Below, piece by piece: positions 46,063 to 55,247 of a stretch of 64,000 nt of DNA (position 1 is its first letter; each line of letters starts with the position of its first letter). The translations under genes and the position numbers were made by a program. The stretch spans positions 1,568,001 to 1,632,000 of the forward strand of contig CAWGAA010000001.1 of assembly GCA_963820525.1 (NCBI GenBank). The letters are read 5' to 3'. A model generated the notes under the pieces. The model ran no database searches, was not told the DNA's origin, and worked only from the letters and a program-made list of their open reading frames with translations. This DNA is from an uncultured Spirochaetota bacterium (GTDB taxonomy: Bacteria > Spirochaetota > Spirochaetia > SZUA-6 > Fen-1364).

Positions 46063-47787
46063 ATGACTTTAAACGAACAACAGCACCCGATACGAAACGA
46101 GAGAGGCTCGGCGGAAGAAACCGGCGGGGAGAGGCCCCTCATCGTCCAAAGCGACCGATCCATCCTGGTGGAGGTGGCGAATCCCGGATACCGGAAGGCC
46201 CGCGACCTTTTGGCCCGCTTCGCCGAGCTTGTGAAATCTCCCGAGCATATCCACACCTACAGGATCACGCCCCTTTCCATCTGGAACGCGTGCGCGGCGG
46301 GGGAGAGCGCCGAGGAGATCGTCTCGGGGCTCGTCTCCCTGTCCAAGTATCCCGTGCCCGAGCACATCGTCACGGAGATCGGGGAGTACGCCAGGCGATA
46401 CGGCAAGCTGCTCCTCGAGCAGGACGGCGGCACCCGGCTCGTCCTGCGCTCCCTGGACGCGGAGCTCGCACGGGAGATCGCGGCGGACCGCCACGCATCC
46501 CCGCTTCTCTCCCAGAAGCTCTCCGAGACCGAGTTCGCCGTGGACCCCCGGAACCGGGGCCGGCTCAAGCTCGCCCTGATCAAGCTCGGCTTTCCCGTGG
46601 ACGACCGCGCCGGCTACGCGGCCGGCGCCCCGCTTTCCTTCGGCCTGAGCCAAGCCATGCGAAGCGGCCTCCCCTTCATCCCCCGGCCGTACCAGAGGGC
46701 GGCGGCTGACGCCTTCCATGCCCGGGGCTCCGAGCGGGGAGGAAGCGGCGTGATCGTGCTGCCCTGCGGAGCGGGAAAAACGATCGTGGGGATGCTCTGC
46801 ATGGACCTCTTGAAGACTTCGACCCTCGTTCTCACAACGTGCGTCACCGCCGTGCGCCAGTGGATCGAGGAGCTCCTGGACAAGACCGATATCTCCCCGG
46901 AGCAGATCGGAGAGTACACGGGGCTGAAGAAGGAGGTGCGTCCCGTCACGGTGGCAACCTACCAGATCATGACGCACCGCGGCCGGGGTTCCGAGGACTA
47001 CGCGCATCTGGAGATCTTCAGCCGCGAAGACTGGGGGCTCATCGTCTATGACGAGGTCCACCTCCTCCCCGCTCCCGTGTTCCAGATCACCGCGGCGCTG
47101 CAGGCCCGCCGCAGGCTGGGGCTCACCGCCACGCTGGTGCGCGAAGACGGCAAGGAGGACGACGTGTTCGCCCTGATCGGGCCGAAGAAGTTCGACGTGC
47201 CGTGGAAGGAGATGGAGAAGCAGGGCTGGATCGCCAAGGCGCTGTGCACCGAGGTGCGCATCCCCCTGCCGCAGGACCTTCGCGCCTCCTATTCGGTGAG
47301 CGACGCCCGCGCGAAGTTCCGCATGGCCTCGGAGAACCGGGCAAAGGTGGACCACGTCACGGCCATCCTCGCCCGGCATCCGGGGGAGCCGGCGCTGGTG
47401 ATCGGAATGTACCTGGACCAGCTCAAGGCGATCGCCGGTCCCCTGGGGCTTCCCGTCATCACGGGCGCCACTCCCCAGAAGACGCGGGACAAGCTCTATG
47501 GAGAGTTCAAGGCGGGAAAGATCCGCATCCTGGCCGTCTCCAAGGTGGCAAACTTCGCCGTGGACCTTCCCGAGGCGAGCGTCGCCATCCAGATCTCCGG
47601 CACATTCGGCTCCCGCCAGGAGGAAGCCCAGAGGCTGGGAAGGATCCTCAGGCCAAAGAGCGCTTCGCGCCAGGCTTCCTTCTACTCACTGGTGAGCAAG
47701 GACACGGTGGAGCAGGACTTCGCCCTCAAGCGCCAGCTTTTCCTCTGCGAGCAGGGCTACGCATACACCATCGAGGCCGTCCCGTGA
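46063..47787 (+). CDS. XPB/Ssl2-like DNA helicase
   Basis: N-terminal IVQSD...KSPEHIHTYRITPLSIWNA, LPCGAGKT, DEVH, LGLTATLVRED, QRLGRILR. Confidence 0.93.
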   Translation: MTLNEQQHPIRNERGSAEETGGERPLIVQSDRSILVEVANPGYRKARDLLARFAELVKSPEHIHTYRITPLSIWNACAAGESAEEIVSGLVSLSKYPVPEHIVTEIGEYARRYGKLLLEQDGGTRLVLRSLDAELAREIAADRHASPLLSQKLSETEFAVDPRNRGRLKLALIKLGFPVDDRAGYAAGAPLSFGLSQAMRSGLPFIPRPYQRAAADAFHARGSERGGSGVIVLPCGAGKTIVGMLCMDLLKTSTLVLTTCVTAVRQWIEELLDKTDISPEQIGEYTGLKKEVRPVTVATYQIMTHRGRGSEDYAHLEIFSREDWGLIVYDEVHLLPAPVFQITAALQARRRLGLTATLVREDGKEDDVFALIGPKKFDVPWKEMEKQGWIAKALCTEVRIPLPQDLRASYSVSDARAKFRMASENRAKVDHVTAILARHPGEPALVIGMYLDQLKAIAGPLGLPVITGATPQKTRDKLYGEFKAGKIRILAVSKVANFAVDLPEASVAIQISGTFGSRQEEAQRLGRILRPKSASRQASFYSLVSKDTVEQDFALKRQLFLCEQGYAYTIEAVP

Positions 47788-49595
47788 AGCACTTCCCGGC
47801 CGACTGGCAGGGCTTTCTCGAGGAAGTCTCTCTCTGGGGACATCTGTCGATTCCCGCCAGGAGGACGTTCCTCGACGGCGTGCGGCCCCACCTCAGTATC
47901 GATGCCTCATCGGATGACCCCGCCGTGGACGAGCTTCGCGAAGCCGGCCTCCTCTCGGACTCGGACAACGCGGACTACCTTTCGGTGAGCCCCCGCTTCA
48001 TCCGCTTCCACCAGCTGGCCAAGGCGTTGGAGAGGATAGCGGTCTTCGAGGCCGCGGGGTTCGACGTGCTGCGCGACTACCTCTCGGAGCATTTCACACA
48101 GTCCGAGAGGTCCCTCCTTCACGAATCCCTTGCCTTCCACCCCGACGATTTCGGCCGGATCGCGAGCCTGGTCACCACGGTGGAGTGGATCGAAGACTTC
48201 CGTGCGCGCGACAGGACGCTCCGCCCCGACCGGGAAGCGGGGCAGTCCCACGTGAGGTCCCTGGAAACCGCGCGGAAGATCCTCTCCTTCTTCATGGAGC
48301 AGCGTGACCATGTGCCCATACATGACCTCGAGGAGTATTTCCCCGACACGGGCCGCCCCCTCCTCGCCTCGGCGCTGAAGCTCGGTGTCCAGGCCGCCGT
48401 GTTCTTCCTCTCCATCCGAAAGAGCGACCTGGAGCCGATAGTCGGGGTCTGGCCCTCGGCCGCGCGCAGGATCCGGCGGGCCCAGATCGCCCTCGCCCCC
48501 GAAGCGGTGATCCCGCAGAAGAGGTTCCGCCACCCCTTCCTCATCGAAGACATGGCCACGGTGCTCCTGGCGGCGCGGGCCGAGGCGATTCCCGTGCGTC
48601 GAAGCGACGAGAAACCCTTCTCGCGCTTCGAGGAGGAGCAGACCGCGGCGCTGCTCTCCCTCCCCGCATGGCTTGAGGAGTTCAGCGGCGCCACGCCTCG
48701 AATCAGGGTGGGCTCGGCGCTCGCCGCGCTGCGCTATTGCGGCCTCCTGGTGAGCGATCAGGAAGGGGACGCCCTGAGGCTGCGCCCCGGGGATGGGGCC
48801 GTGGAATGGGCGCTTGGAGGGCTCGGCGAGAGGCTGGAGGGGTTTCTCAAAAGGGCGGCCCCGGGGGCGAAGGGCGGCAAGAGCGGCGAGCATCAGGCGA
48901 GCCGCCCGACGGTGCTTCTCTCCCTGCTCCTGGGTCCGTGGGCATCATGGGCCGAGGCTGCAGCGGACATCCTGCCCCCGCTGACCCAGGCTTTCCTTTC
49001 GGCCCCGCGTTCTTCATTCATCCGATTCAAGGATTTTGCCCGTTACCAGGCGGCGATAGCGAATCCTCTCATTCCGCTTCGGGAGCGGGGGGGCGGCACA
49101 TCGCTGTGGGCCGGTCGGCCGTCCCTTCCCACGGACGAGCTCCTGGAGGACCTCTGGCAATCCTTCCTCCACGCGTACCTCGTTTTCGGCCTCTTCGCGC
49201 TGGGGGGAGCGGAGGCGGGCTTCGCCTCCGGCCAGCCCTGCTTCCTCCTGGGCTCCATGGGCCGCTACCTCCTCGAGGCCGCGGAGGGCTTCGATCCCGA
49301 TGAGGCAGCCTCCCAGCGGCAGGATGGAGAGACGGGGGACATCGTCGTTCAGCCCACCTTCGAGATCGCCTTCCTCGCCCCGTCTCCGGCCGCGGAAGCG
49401 GAGATCGCGCGGTTCGCCGAAAGGCTCGGCAGGGAGGTGGGGGTGCTTTTCAGGATTACCAAGGCATCCATCCTCCGCGCCGCGGCCGCCGGTCTGGCCG
49501 AGGGTCGGGTGATCGGCGTCCTTGCCCGCCTGTCGAAGAATCCTCTCCCGCCGAACGTCGAACACGAGGTCCGCGGGTGGTTCGGTCGAGCTTGA
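47784..49595 (+). CDS. Helicase-associated protein with a C-terminal XPB/Ssl2-N-type domain
   Basis: GTGA overlap with XPB; C-terminal IVVQPTFEI...RFAE...FRITKASI...PLPPNV..EVRGW resembles the XPB N-terminal domain. Confidence 0.75.
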   Translation: MKHFPADWQGFLEEVSLWGHLSIPARRTFLDGVRPHLSIDASSDDPAVDELREAGLLSDSDNADYLSVSPRFIRFHQLAKALERIAVFEAAGFDVLRDYLSEHFTQSERSLLHESLAFHPDDFGRIASLVTTVEWIEDFRARDRTLRPDREAGQSHVRSLETARKILSFFMEQRDHVPIHDLEEYFPDTGRPLLASALKLGVQAAVFFLSIRKSDLEPIVGVWPSAARRIRRAQIALAPEAVIPQKRFRHPFLIEDMATVLLAARAEAIPVRRSDEKPFSRFEEEQTAALLSLPAWLEEFSGATPRIRVGSALAALRYCGLLVSDQEGDALRLRPGDGAVEWALGGLGERLEGFLKRAAPGAKGGKSGEHQASRPTVLLSLLLGPWASWAEAAADILPPLTQAFLSAPRSSFIRFKDFARYQAAIANPLIPLRERGGGTSLWAGRPSLPTDELLEDLWQSFLHAYLVFGLFALGGAEAGFASGQPCFLLGSMGRYLLEAAEGFDPDEAASQRQDGETGDIVVQPTFEIAFLAPSPAAEAEIARFAERLGREVGVLFRITKASILRAAAAGLAEGRVIGVLARLSKNPLPPNVEHEVRGWFGRA

Positions 49596-49635
49596 CTTTT
49601 TACCCATCGCGCCGTAGGTTCATGGGCCGAAAGCA

Positions 49636-50613
49636 ATGAAGATCGCCGTCACGGGAGCCACGGGATTCATCGGAAGCCACCTCGTCGAAGCTCTCATCGC
49701 GAGGGGTCACGAGGTGACCTGCCTGGCACGAGACCCGCGGAAGCTGGGATGGATCGAGAGTCTCTCCGCGCGCATCGTCTATGGGGATGTCTGCAAGCCC
49801 CATACGCTCCCCGATTTCGTCTGCGGGCAGGAAGTGGTGGTGCACGCCGCCGCCCTCACCAAGGCCGTGGACCTGAACTCTTACAAACGTGTGAATGTCA
49901 CTGGCACGGAGAATCTGCTCGCAGCCATCAAGGCTCATGCCCCCCGCCTGCGGCGTTTCGTCCTCGTCTCCAGCCAGGAGGCCATGGGGCCGAGCCCCGA
50001 CGGCGAGCCCCTGGGGGAAGACGCCAGGCCGAACCCCCTCTCCATGTACGGAATCAGCAAATCCCTGGCGGAGAAGGCGCTTCGGGGCTTCTGGGACACG
50101 ATCCCCATGACGGTGATCCGCCCCCCTTCCGTGTACGGCCCTCGCGACAGGGATATCCTCGCCTATTTCAGAATCGCGGCGCGGGGGATCATGCCGATCG
50201 TGGGGGACGGTACTATCCTGAGCATCGCGTACGTGAAAAACCTCGTCGCGGGCATCTCCCTCTCCATCGAGCGGCCCCTGGGAGGCTTTCGAAGCTACTA
50301 TTTCACGGACGGGGCTCCCCTTACCTGGGGCGATATCTCACTGCTGATCTGCCAGGCGCTGGGAAGGCGGGCGATAAAGATCGCCGTGCCCCCATTCGTC
50401 GTGAGGATGGCCGGGGAGATTTCCGGGCTGTACTCCGCGCTGACGCATCGGGCCCTGCTCTTGAGCAGGGATAAAATAGAAGCGATGAAGCACCGCTACT
50501 GGCTTGTCTCGGATCAGCGGGCCCGATCCGAGCTGGGCTACCGCCCCCCCTACTCTACGGAGCAGGGGATAATCGAGACCGCCCGCTGGTATCGATCCGC
50601 GGGCTGGCTGTAA
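49636..50613 (+). CDS. NAD-dependent epimerase/dehydratase (extended SDR)
   Basis: TGATGFIG, HAAA, VSS, YGISK (YxxxK), RPPSVYGP. Confidence 0.9.
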   Translation: MKIAVTGATGFIGSHLVEALIARGHEVTCLARDPRKLGWIESLSARIVYGDVCKPHTLPDFVCGQEVVVHAAALTKAVDLNSYKRVNVTGTENLLAAIKAHAPRLRRFVLVSSQEAMGPSPDGEPLGEDARPNPLSMYGISKSLAEKALRGFWDTIPMTVIRPPSVYGPRDRDILAYFRIAARGIMPIVGDGTILSIAYVKNLVAGISLSIERPLGGFRSYYFTDGAPLTWGDISLLICQALGRRAIKIAVPPFVVRMAGEISGLYSALTHRALLLSRDKIEAMKHRYWLVSDQRARSELGYRPPYSTEQGIIETARWYRSAGWL

Positions 50614-50656
50614 AGCCGGGGCAGGGCCGCCGCGCTTATCCTGCAACCGCCTTCCA

Positions 50657-50782
50657 GCGGCCCTATGTCATGGACGACGAAGGGCCGCGGAGCCAAGGAG
50701 GGCGGCAGCGGCCCCAAGTCAAGGATGACGAAGGGCCGCGGAGCCCTGCGGCGGTAGCCCGCCGCGTAAGGCGGCAGCGGCC
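50657..50782. repeat. Tandem REP-like hairpin units between convergent genes
   Basis: GCGGCCC...GTCA-x-GGA-y-GAC...GGGCCGC at 50657-50688 and 50708-50739 (51-bp period); extra hairpin GCGGCGG-TAGC-CCGCCGC at 50748-50765. Confidence 0.7.
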
Positions 50783-51681
50783 TGGATATGCTCTGGGCTT
50801 GTTCCGCAGCATCCCCCCACCAGCGTCGCTCCGTTTTTCACGCAGAGCTGGATCCCGCGGGCAAACTCTTCCGGGCTCAGGTCGAAGACCGCCTTCCCAT
50901 TCACGAGCCTCGGTTTCCCCGCATTAGGCTGGGCAACGAGAGGCAGGTCAGTGTAGCGGCGAAACCGCGAAACCACCTCAGCCATCTCGAACGGATCGAG
51001 CTCGCCGCAGTTGGCACCCAGCGCATCAGCTCCTTCCTTGCTCAAGGCTAGCGCGCACTCTTCGACGCTGTTTCCCATGACCGTGCGGCCCCCATTGTTG
51101 AGGGTCGAAAAAGAAATGGAGGCTATGACGGGAAGAGCGCTCACCTGGCGGCATGCCCGGAGCGCGCACAGGGCTTCCCGCAGATCGACATAGGTCTCAA
51201 TGATGAAGCCGTCCACTCCCGAGGAGGCGAGGATCGAGGCCTGCTCCTCGAAACACTCGATGAGCTGCGCCTCCGTCGCGTCTCCGTAGGGCTGGAGGAG
51301 CTGACCGGTCGAGCTGATGTCGCCGATGACAAAGCGTCCGCCGTTGTCGTCGGAAGCGGCGGCGGACTTCGGCGCGCCGGCAGGCGCCGGAAGGCCGCGC
51401 GCGACTGAAAGGGCAAGCGCGGCCCCCGCACGATTCACTTCGGCGACATCGACGGAGCCCCTGCCGTGGGACTCCAGGAATATACGGTTCATCGTAAGGG
51501 TGTTCGTCGTTATGACCCATGAGCCGGCCCGGGCGTATCCCGCATGGATGGAGCGCACGGCCTCGGGGTGAAGGAGGTTCTGCTCGCCGCCGGGCTCCAG
51601 GCCCATGGCGGCAAGCTGTGTCCCGTTTGCCCCGTCCAGGAGGACGGGTCCGCGGTTCCGCAATACCTCATGCAGGCTCAC
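50719..51681 (-). CDS. Homocysteine S-methyltransferase family protein (standalone MetH N-terminal-type domain)
   Basis: LLDGANGT, TTNT, IET, GANC, QPNAG, VGGCCGTSPEHI; GTGA overlap with the upstream GNAT. Confidence 0.9.
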   Translation of the reverse strand: MSLHEVLRNRGPVLLDGANGTQLAAMGLEPGGEQNLLHPEAVRSIHAGYARAGSWVITTNTLTMNRIFLESHGRGSVDVAEVNRAGAALALSVARGLPAPAGAPKSAAASDDNGGRFVIGDISSTGQLLQPYGDATEAQLIECFEEQASILASSGVDGFIIETYVDLREALCALRACRQVSALPVIASISFSTLNNGGRTVMGNSVEECALALSKEGADALGANCGELDPFEMAEVVSRFRRYTDLPLVAQPNAGKPRLVNGKAVFDLSPEEFARGIQLCVKNGATLVGGCCGTSPEHIQAAAALRGGLPPQGSAALRHP

Positions 51682-52169
51682 GCGGTCTCCTTCTCCATGT
51701 AGCACACGGTAAAGGGAAGGTGGGGAAATGTCGCGGTCCGCGTCTGGTGAAAACCGATGCCCTGGTACCAGCGCTTGAGGATCTTTCCCTCGTCGATGAG
51801 GGCGATCGATATCTTCGAGCGGCCCCTTTCCCGGGCAAGGGAGAAGACAAAATCGATGAGCATCCTCCCGTAGCCCCGATGCCTGCAGGCGGGCAAGACC
51901 GAGAGCTTCTCGAGATAGAACACATCGGCGCCGGCCGGAAACGCCGAAACGAAACCGACCTGCTCCCCCCCGTCATACAGCCCGAAGCATTCGAGCCCCT
52001 CGGCCACGTGCGCCGTGAGCTTTTCCAGCGCAATGAAAGAGGGGTGCGTGGGGCAGTTCTCCCGCGTGAGCCCGAGCTCCTCTGCCACCGTGCGAAAAGA
52101 TTCCCGGATGACTTCGACGCTTCTGGCCAGAGCCCCTTCACCTTCGATTCGGCGGATCTCGATACCCAT
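51678..52169 (-). CDS. GNAT-family N-acetyltransferase
   Basis: LEKLSVLP, RHRGYG, WYQGIGF. Confidence 0.85.
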   Translation of the reverse strand: MGIEIRRIEGEGALARSVEVIRESFRTVAEELGLTRENCPTHPSFIALEKLTAHVAEGLECFGLYDGGEQVGFVSAFPAGADVFYLEKLSVLPACRHRGYGRMLIDFVFSLARERGRSKISIALIDEGKILKRWYQGIGFHQTRTATFPHLPFTVCYMEKETA

Positions 52170-52172
52170 GGC

Positions 52173-52886
52173 TCACCGCCCCCCGGGCAGAAGGCTGTCG
52201 ATCTGAACGACCTGCCTGCCCTTGCGGGCAAAGCGATGGACCTCTCCGCCGAGCGCCGCGACCGTCCTGTCGGGGCGCACCACCAGCGCCGAGCCCGAGA
52301 CGATCCCATAGCTCACCGTCCCCGCGCGTACGAGGGCCTGCAGGGCTCGAAGCTCCTCCCAGCCATCGGCCTCCCCATGCGTGTCGCAGTTCACGGGCGC
52401 GATTCCCAGGCAGGGAAAGATCTCGGAGCTGGCGTCGTCTGCGGGGTCCCTCCAGCGGATCCAGCTCCGCGCCAGCATGATGCTCCCCGCCGAGACGCCG
52501 AGATAGGGTTTGCCCTGGTTGTAGAGGTCTTTCAGGAAATCAATCATTGCGGTCCGCTCCAGAACCCGCATGCCTTCGTCTACATCGCCTCCGCTGATGA
52601 ACACGATATGAGAACTTTCAAGCACCGCTTTCGCCCTCTTGGCATCGGCGCGCTTGCCGCACAGCGGCGCGAGCTTCATCCCGCCCGCTCCCGCCTTCAC
52701 CAGGAGCCGTCCGATGATGGCGCGGAAAGCGGCGTTATCTCCCGACGCGGCGCCGACGTAGGCGACAAGCGGCCGCTCAACCCCCGCCTCCCGCAGCGCG
52801 GCCTGGATCATGGGGTCAGGGCCTCTCCTTGTCATGGCACCCCTGCCCCCCGCGATGAGGTATACGGGTTTTCTCCTAGCTGCCAT
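52173..52886 (-). CDS. Peptidase S51 (peptidase E / cyanophycinase-like) protein
   Basis: IAGG, YVGAASGD, IFISGG-like motif, GVSAGS nucleophile elbow, DTH; GGAGG RBS. Confidence 0.8.
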   Translation of the reverse strand: MAARRKPVYLIAGGRGAMTRRGPDPMIQAALREAGVERPLVAYVGAASGDNAAFRAIIGRLLVKAGAGGMKLAPLCGKRADAKRAKAVLESSHIVFISGGDVDEGMRVLERTAMIDFLKDLYNQGKPYLGVSAGSIMLARSWIRWRDPADDASSEIFPCLGIAPVNCDTHGEADGWEELRALQALVRAGTVSYGIVSGSALVVRPDRTVAALGGEVHRFARKGRQVVQIDSLLPGGR

Positions 52887-54210
52887 ATCCGCCTCCGCCT
52901 TTTTGGAGAATCTCGGCTGAGAGGGGAAACCCCCGCTTCGCGAGGAGGAACTTTCCGGACGCCTCCGGAACAAGACGATCCACCTGTTCAACGGAGATCT
53001 CCACCTCGCTGCCGAACAGGTCATGAAGCGCATCGCAGGCGTCCCGCAGGGCCGCCGGCGCGTCGCGTTCGGCGATGACGGCACGAAACCGGACCGCGCG
53101 CGGAGTCTCCTGGTCGAGACGGTACTCTTCAATGCCCTCCACGCGGGCAACCACTTCGTCCAGCTCCCTGTGCGTGATGAGCCTTCCGTCCCCCGCCAGG
53201 CAGAGGCTGGCGAGCCTCCCCTCGATCGAGGAGAGGGTCATGCCGGTATCCCGGCTGCACGGACAGGGCTCGGCGGATACGCGGGCGAGGTCTCCGATCT
53301 CGAAGCGCAGGAGCTGAAACCAGGGGTTGCCGAAGGTCGTGGCCAGTATCCTGCCGATCTTCTCTCCCGGCTTGCCGCCTTCAACGGGGAGAAGGTCCAC
53401 GCGGCAGAACTCGCTGTTCTGGTGGAGGCGGCCGCACTCGCACTCCATGAACACATAGCCGGCCTCCGTTGAGCCGTACGAGCTCGCGATCGGTGTGTCG
53501 AACACGTCCCGGATGGCCCTGAGCTGGAGCTGAGAGGGAAACTCGTAGGTCAGGGTGATGAGGGGGGGCTGGAATACAAGCTCTCCCATGCGGCGGGCAA
53601 ACCGCGCAAGCCGCGCCAGAAGCGACGGATTGGCCTCCAGCACCGCAGGCTGGAATTCGGCGAGCTCCGCCAGGATTCGCAGCTCGTGGCCCTCCGGCCA
53701 CTGGGCGGTGCTTCCGTACTCGTTGAGGAAGAGAAACCGGCCCAGGATGCGCTCCGTGCGCGGGATAGGCCGGCCGTCGCTGAGCGGACCGACGGAGAGG
53801 GCGCTCGCGAGGATTGCCTCCCGATGGGAGCCTGAAGCAACGCGCGCCGCGGTGTTGTTGAGCGCCCACGACGCGCGTTCCGATGCGTCCCACCACCGCT
53901 GGTTCCAGATGTTCGTGAGAGATTCGTCCGCCGTGCCGCTGGTCTTGATGAAGCTGATCTCCCCGCGTGAAATGCCGGCGTCGACGTCGAGCCCGCGGGG
54001 AACCAGGCCATAGGGGAAATGCCTTCGGATGTCGTCTTTCGAGAGGGCCGGCAGCGCGGCGTAGCGCGCATCCAGCGCGCAGTCCTCCCCCGGATCGAGT
54101 GCGAGCCAGCTCTCGTACATCGGCGTGCTGTCAAGGGCCGCATGAAGGGCTTCCAGACAGCGCTGTTGGTAAGCGCGGCGCGCGCTCTTGCTTGAATCGA
54201 TTTCCTGCAT
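52876..54210 (-). CDS. Phenylacetate-CoA-ligase-like (PaaK/CapK) adenylate-forming enzyme
   Basis: LPALSK, KTSGT P-loop, ANPS, YGSTEAG, LLRFEIGD, IEGR, SGK. Confidence 0.8.
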   Translation of the reverse strand: MQEIDSSKSARRAYQQRCLEALHAALDSTPMYESWLALDPGEDCALDARYAALPALSKDDIRRHFPYGLVPRGLDVDAGISRGEISFIKTSGTADESLTNIWNQRWWDASERASWALNNTAARVASGSHREAILASALSVGPLSDGRPIPRTERILGRFLFLNEYGSTAQWPEGHELRILAELAEFQPAVLEANPSLLARLARFARRMGELVFQPPLITLTYEFPSQLQLRAIRDVFDTPIASSYGSTEAGYVFMECECGRLHQNSEFCRVDLLPVEGGKPGEKIGRILATTFGNPWFQLLRFEIGDLARVSAEPCPCSRDTGMTLSSIEGRLASLCLAGDGRLITHRELDEVVARVEGIEEYRLDQETPRAVRFRAVIAERDAPAALRDACDALHDLFGSEVEISVEQVDRLVPEASGKFLLAKRGFPLSAEILQKGGGGYGS

Positions 54211-54229
54211 GGGAATTGTCGACGCTACT

Positions 54230-54496
54230 CTACCCGATCCGGAAGGCCATGAGAAGCAGGCGGACGAAAATCAGCGCCCAACCCGCCACCAGGATCACGA
54301 AAGCGACCTTTCGGACGGTTGATGTGAGAACCACGAAGAGGGTGAGGAGGGCGAGGAAGCCCACCGGCTCGGCCAGCACTTCCAGGTCCTTCACCGACGG
54401 GAGGATGTACTTGACGGCGCCGATGATTCCGATTCCGAGGTAGCGCGCAGCCGAGTAGAGGAACCCAAAGATCTGGGTAAGCGTATCCGGTTTCAC
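54230..54496 (-). CDS. Small hypothetical membrane protein (88 aa)
   Basis: GGAGG RBS, three hydrophobic segments, same orientation as the downstream cluster. Confidence 0.65.
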   Translation of the reverse strand: MKPDTLTQIFGFLYSAARYLGIGIIGAVKYILPSVKDLEVLAEPVGFLALLTLFVVLTSTVRKVAFVILVAGWALIFVRLLLMAFRIG

Positions 54497-54660
54497 GCGA
54501 GCCTCCCCCGCGCCACTATAAATGATCCCCGGCCTCGACGCAACCGCAATCAGCCGCCTGCGCCGAACACTTGAAAAACTGCGCTCGCTCGCGTACCCGG
54601 GAGACTGGCTGCGCGCGGCCCACGATGCGCCCCCCCTGCACGGCTCGTCATCAAAAACAC

Positions 54661-54718
54661 TTGCCTATTGCTAGGGCTGTTAATATATTAAGCCTGCTTA
54701 TTAATTAAGCAAGGTTAA
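54661..54718 (+). promoter_or_regulatory. Promoter and tandem palindromic operators of the marR-ABC operon
   Basis: TTGCCT-17-TATATT; TTAAGC-CT-GCTTAT (54688-54701) and TTAAGC-AA-GGTTAA (54705-54718). Confidence 0.65.
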
Positions 54719-54720
54719 CT

Positions 54721-55209
54721 ATGAGAGACGAAAAAGAAATCATCTCCATGATTCGCAAATGGATAGAGGCGTTCAGAGTCCGATCCATGGATGACTGGAA
54801 ACGATTCATCAAGGCATCGGGCCTCTCGTATCCGCAGCTCGGTCTTCTCACACACCTGTACTTCAGCGGCAAGCGCGGCGTCCACGACATCGGGGACCAC
54901 ATGGACATCACCAGCGCGGCCGCCAGCCAGCTCGTCGAGCGCCTGGTTCAGGCCGGGCTTGTCCAGCGCACTGAAAGCGCCGAGGACCGCCGGGTCCGCC
55001 AGATCGCCCTGACGGACAAGGGGCGGGCCCTGGTAGAGCGGGGAATCGAGGACCGGCATCGATGGGTGGAGCGCCTCGTATCGGGCCTCACGCCCGAGCA
55101 GCGCGAGGCTGTCCTGAAAGCTCTCCCGATCCTGCTCGAAGCCGAGGGCAAGCTCGAAGAGGTGAAAGGCGCCGCCGACAGAATCGTCCCCGCCGCCTCG
55201 AGGCAATAG
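54721..55209 (+). CDS. MarR-family transcriptional regulator
   Basis: GLSYPQ, SQLVERLVQAGLV, EDRR, LTDKG. Confidence 0.9.
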   Translation: MRDEKEIISMIRKWIEAFRVRSMDDWKRFIKASGLSYPQLGLLTHLYFSGKRGVHDIGDHMDITSAAASQLVERLVQAGLVQRTESAEDRRVRQIALTDKGRALVERGIEDRHRWVERLVSGLTPEQREAVLKALPILLEAEGKLEEVKGAADRIVPAASRQ

Positions 55210-55247
55210 AACGGCCGGAATAACGACTCTCTCAATTGAGGTGAACA

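Noticed and set aside
50657..50782. Possible mini-CRISPR array
   Set aside because: Only two full units, the intervening sequences are similar to each other, and no cas genes are in the window
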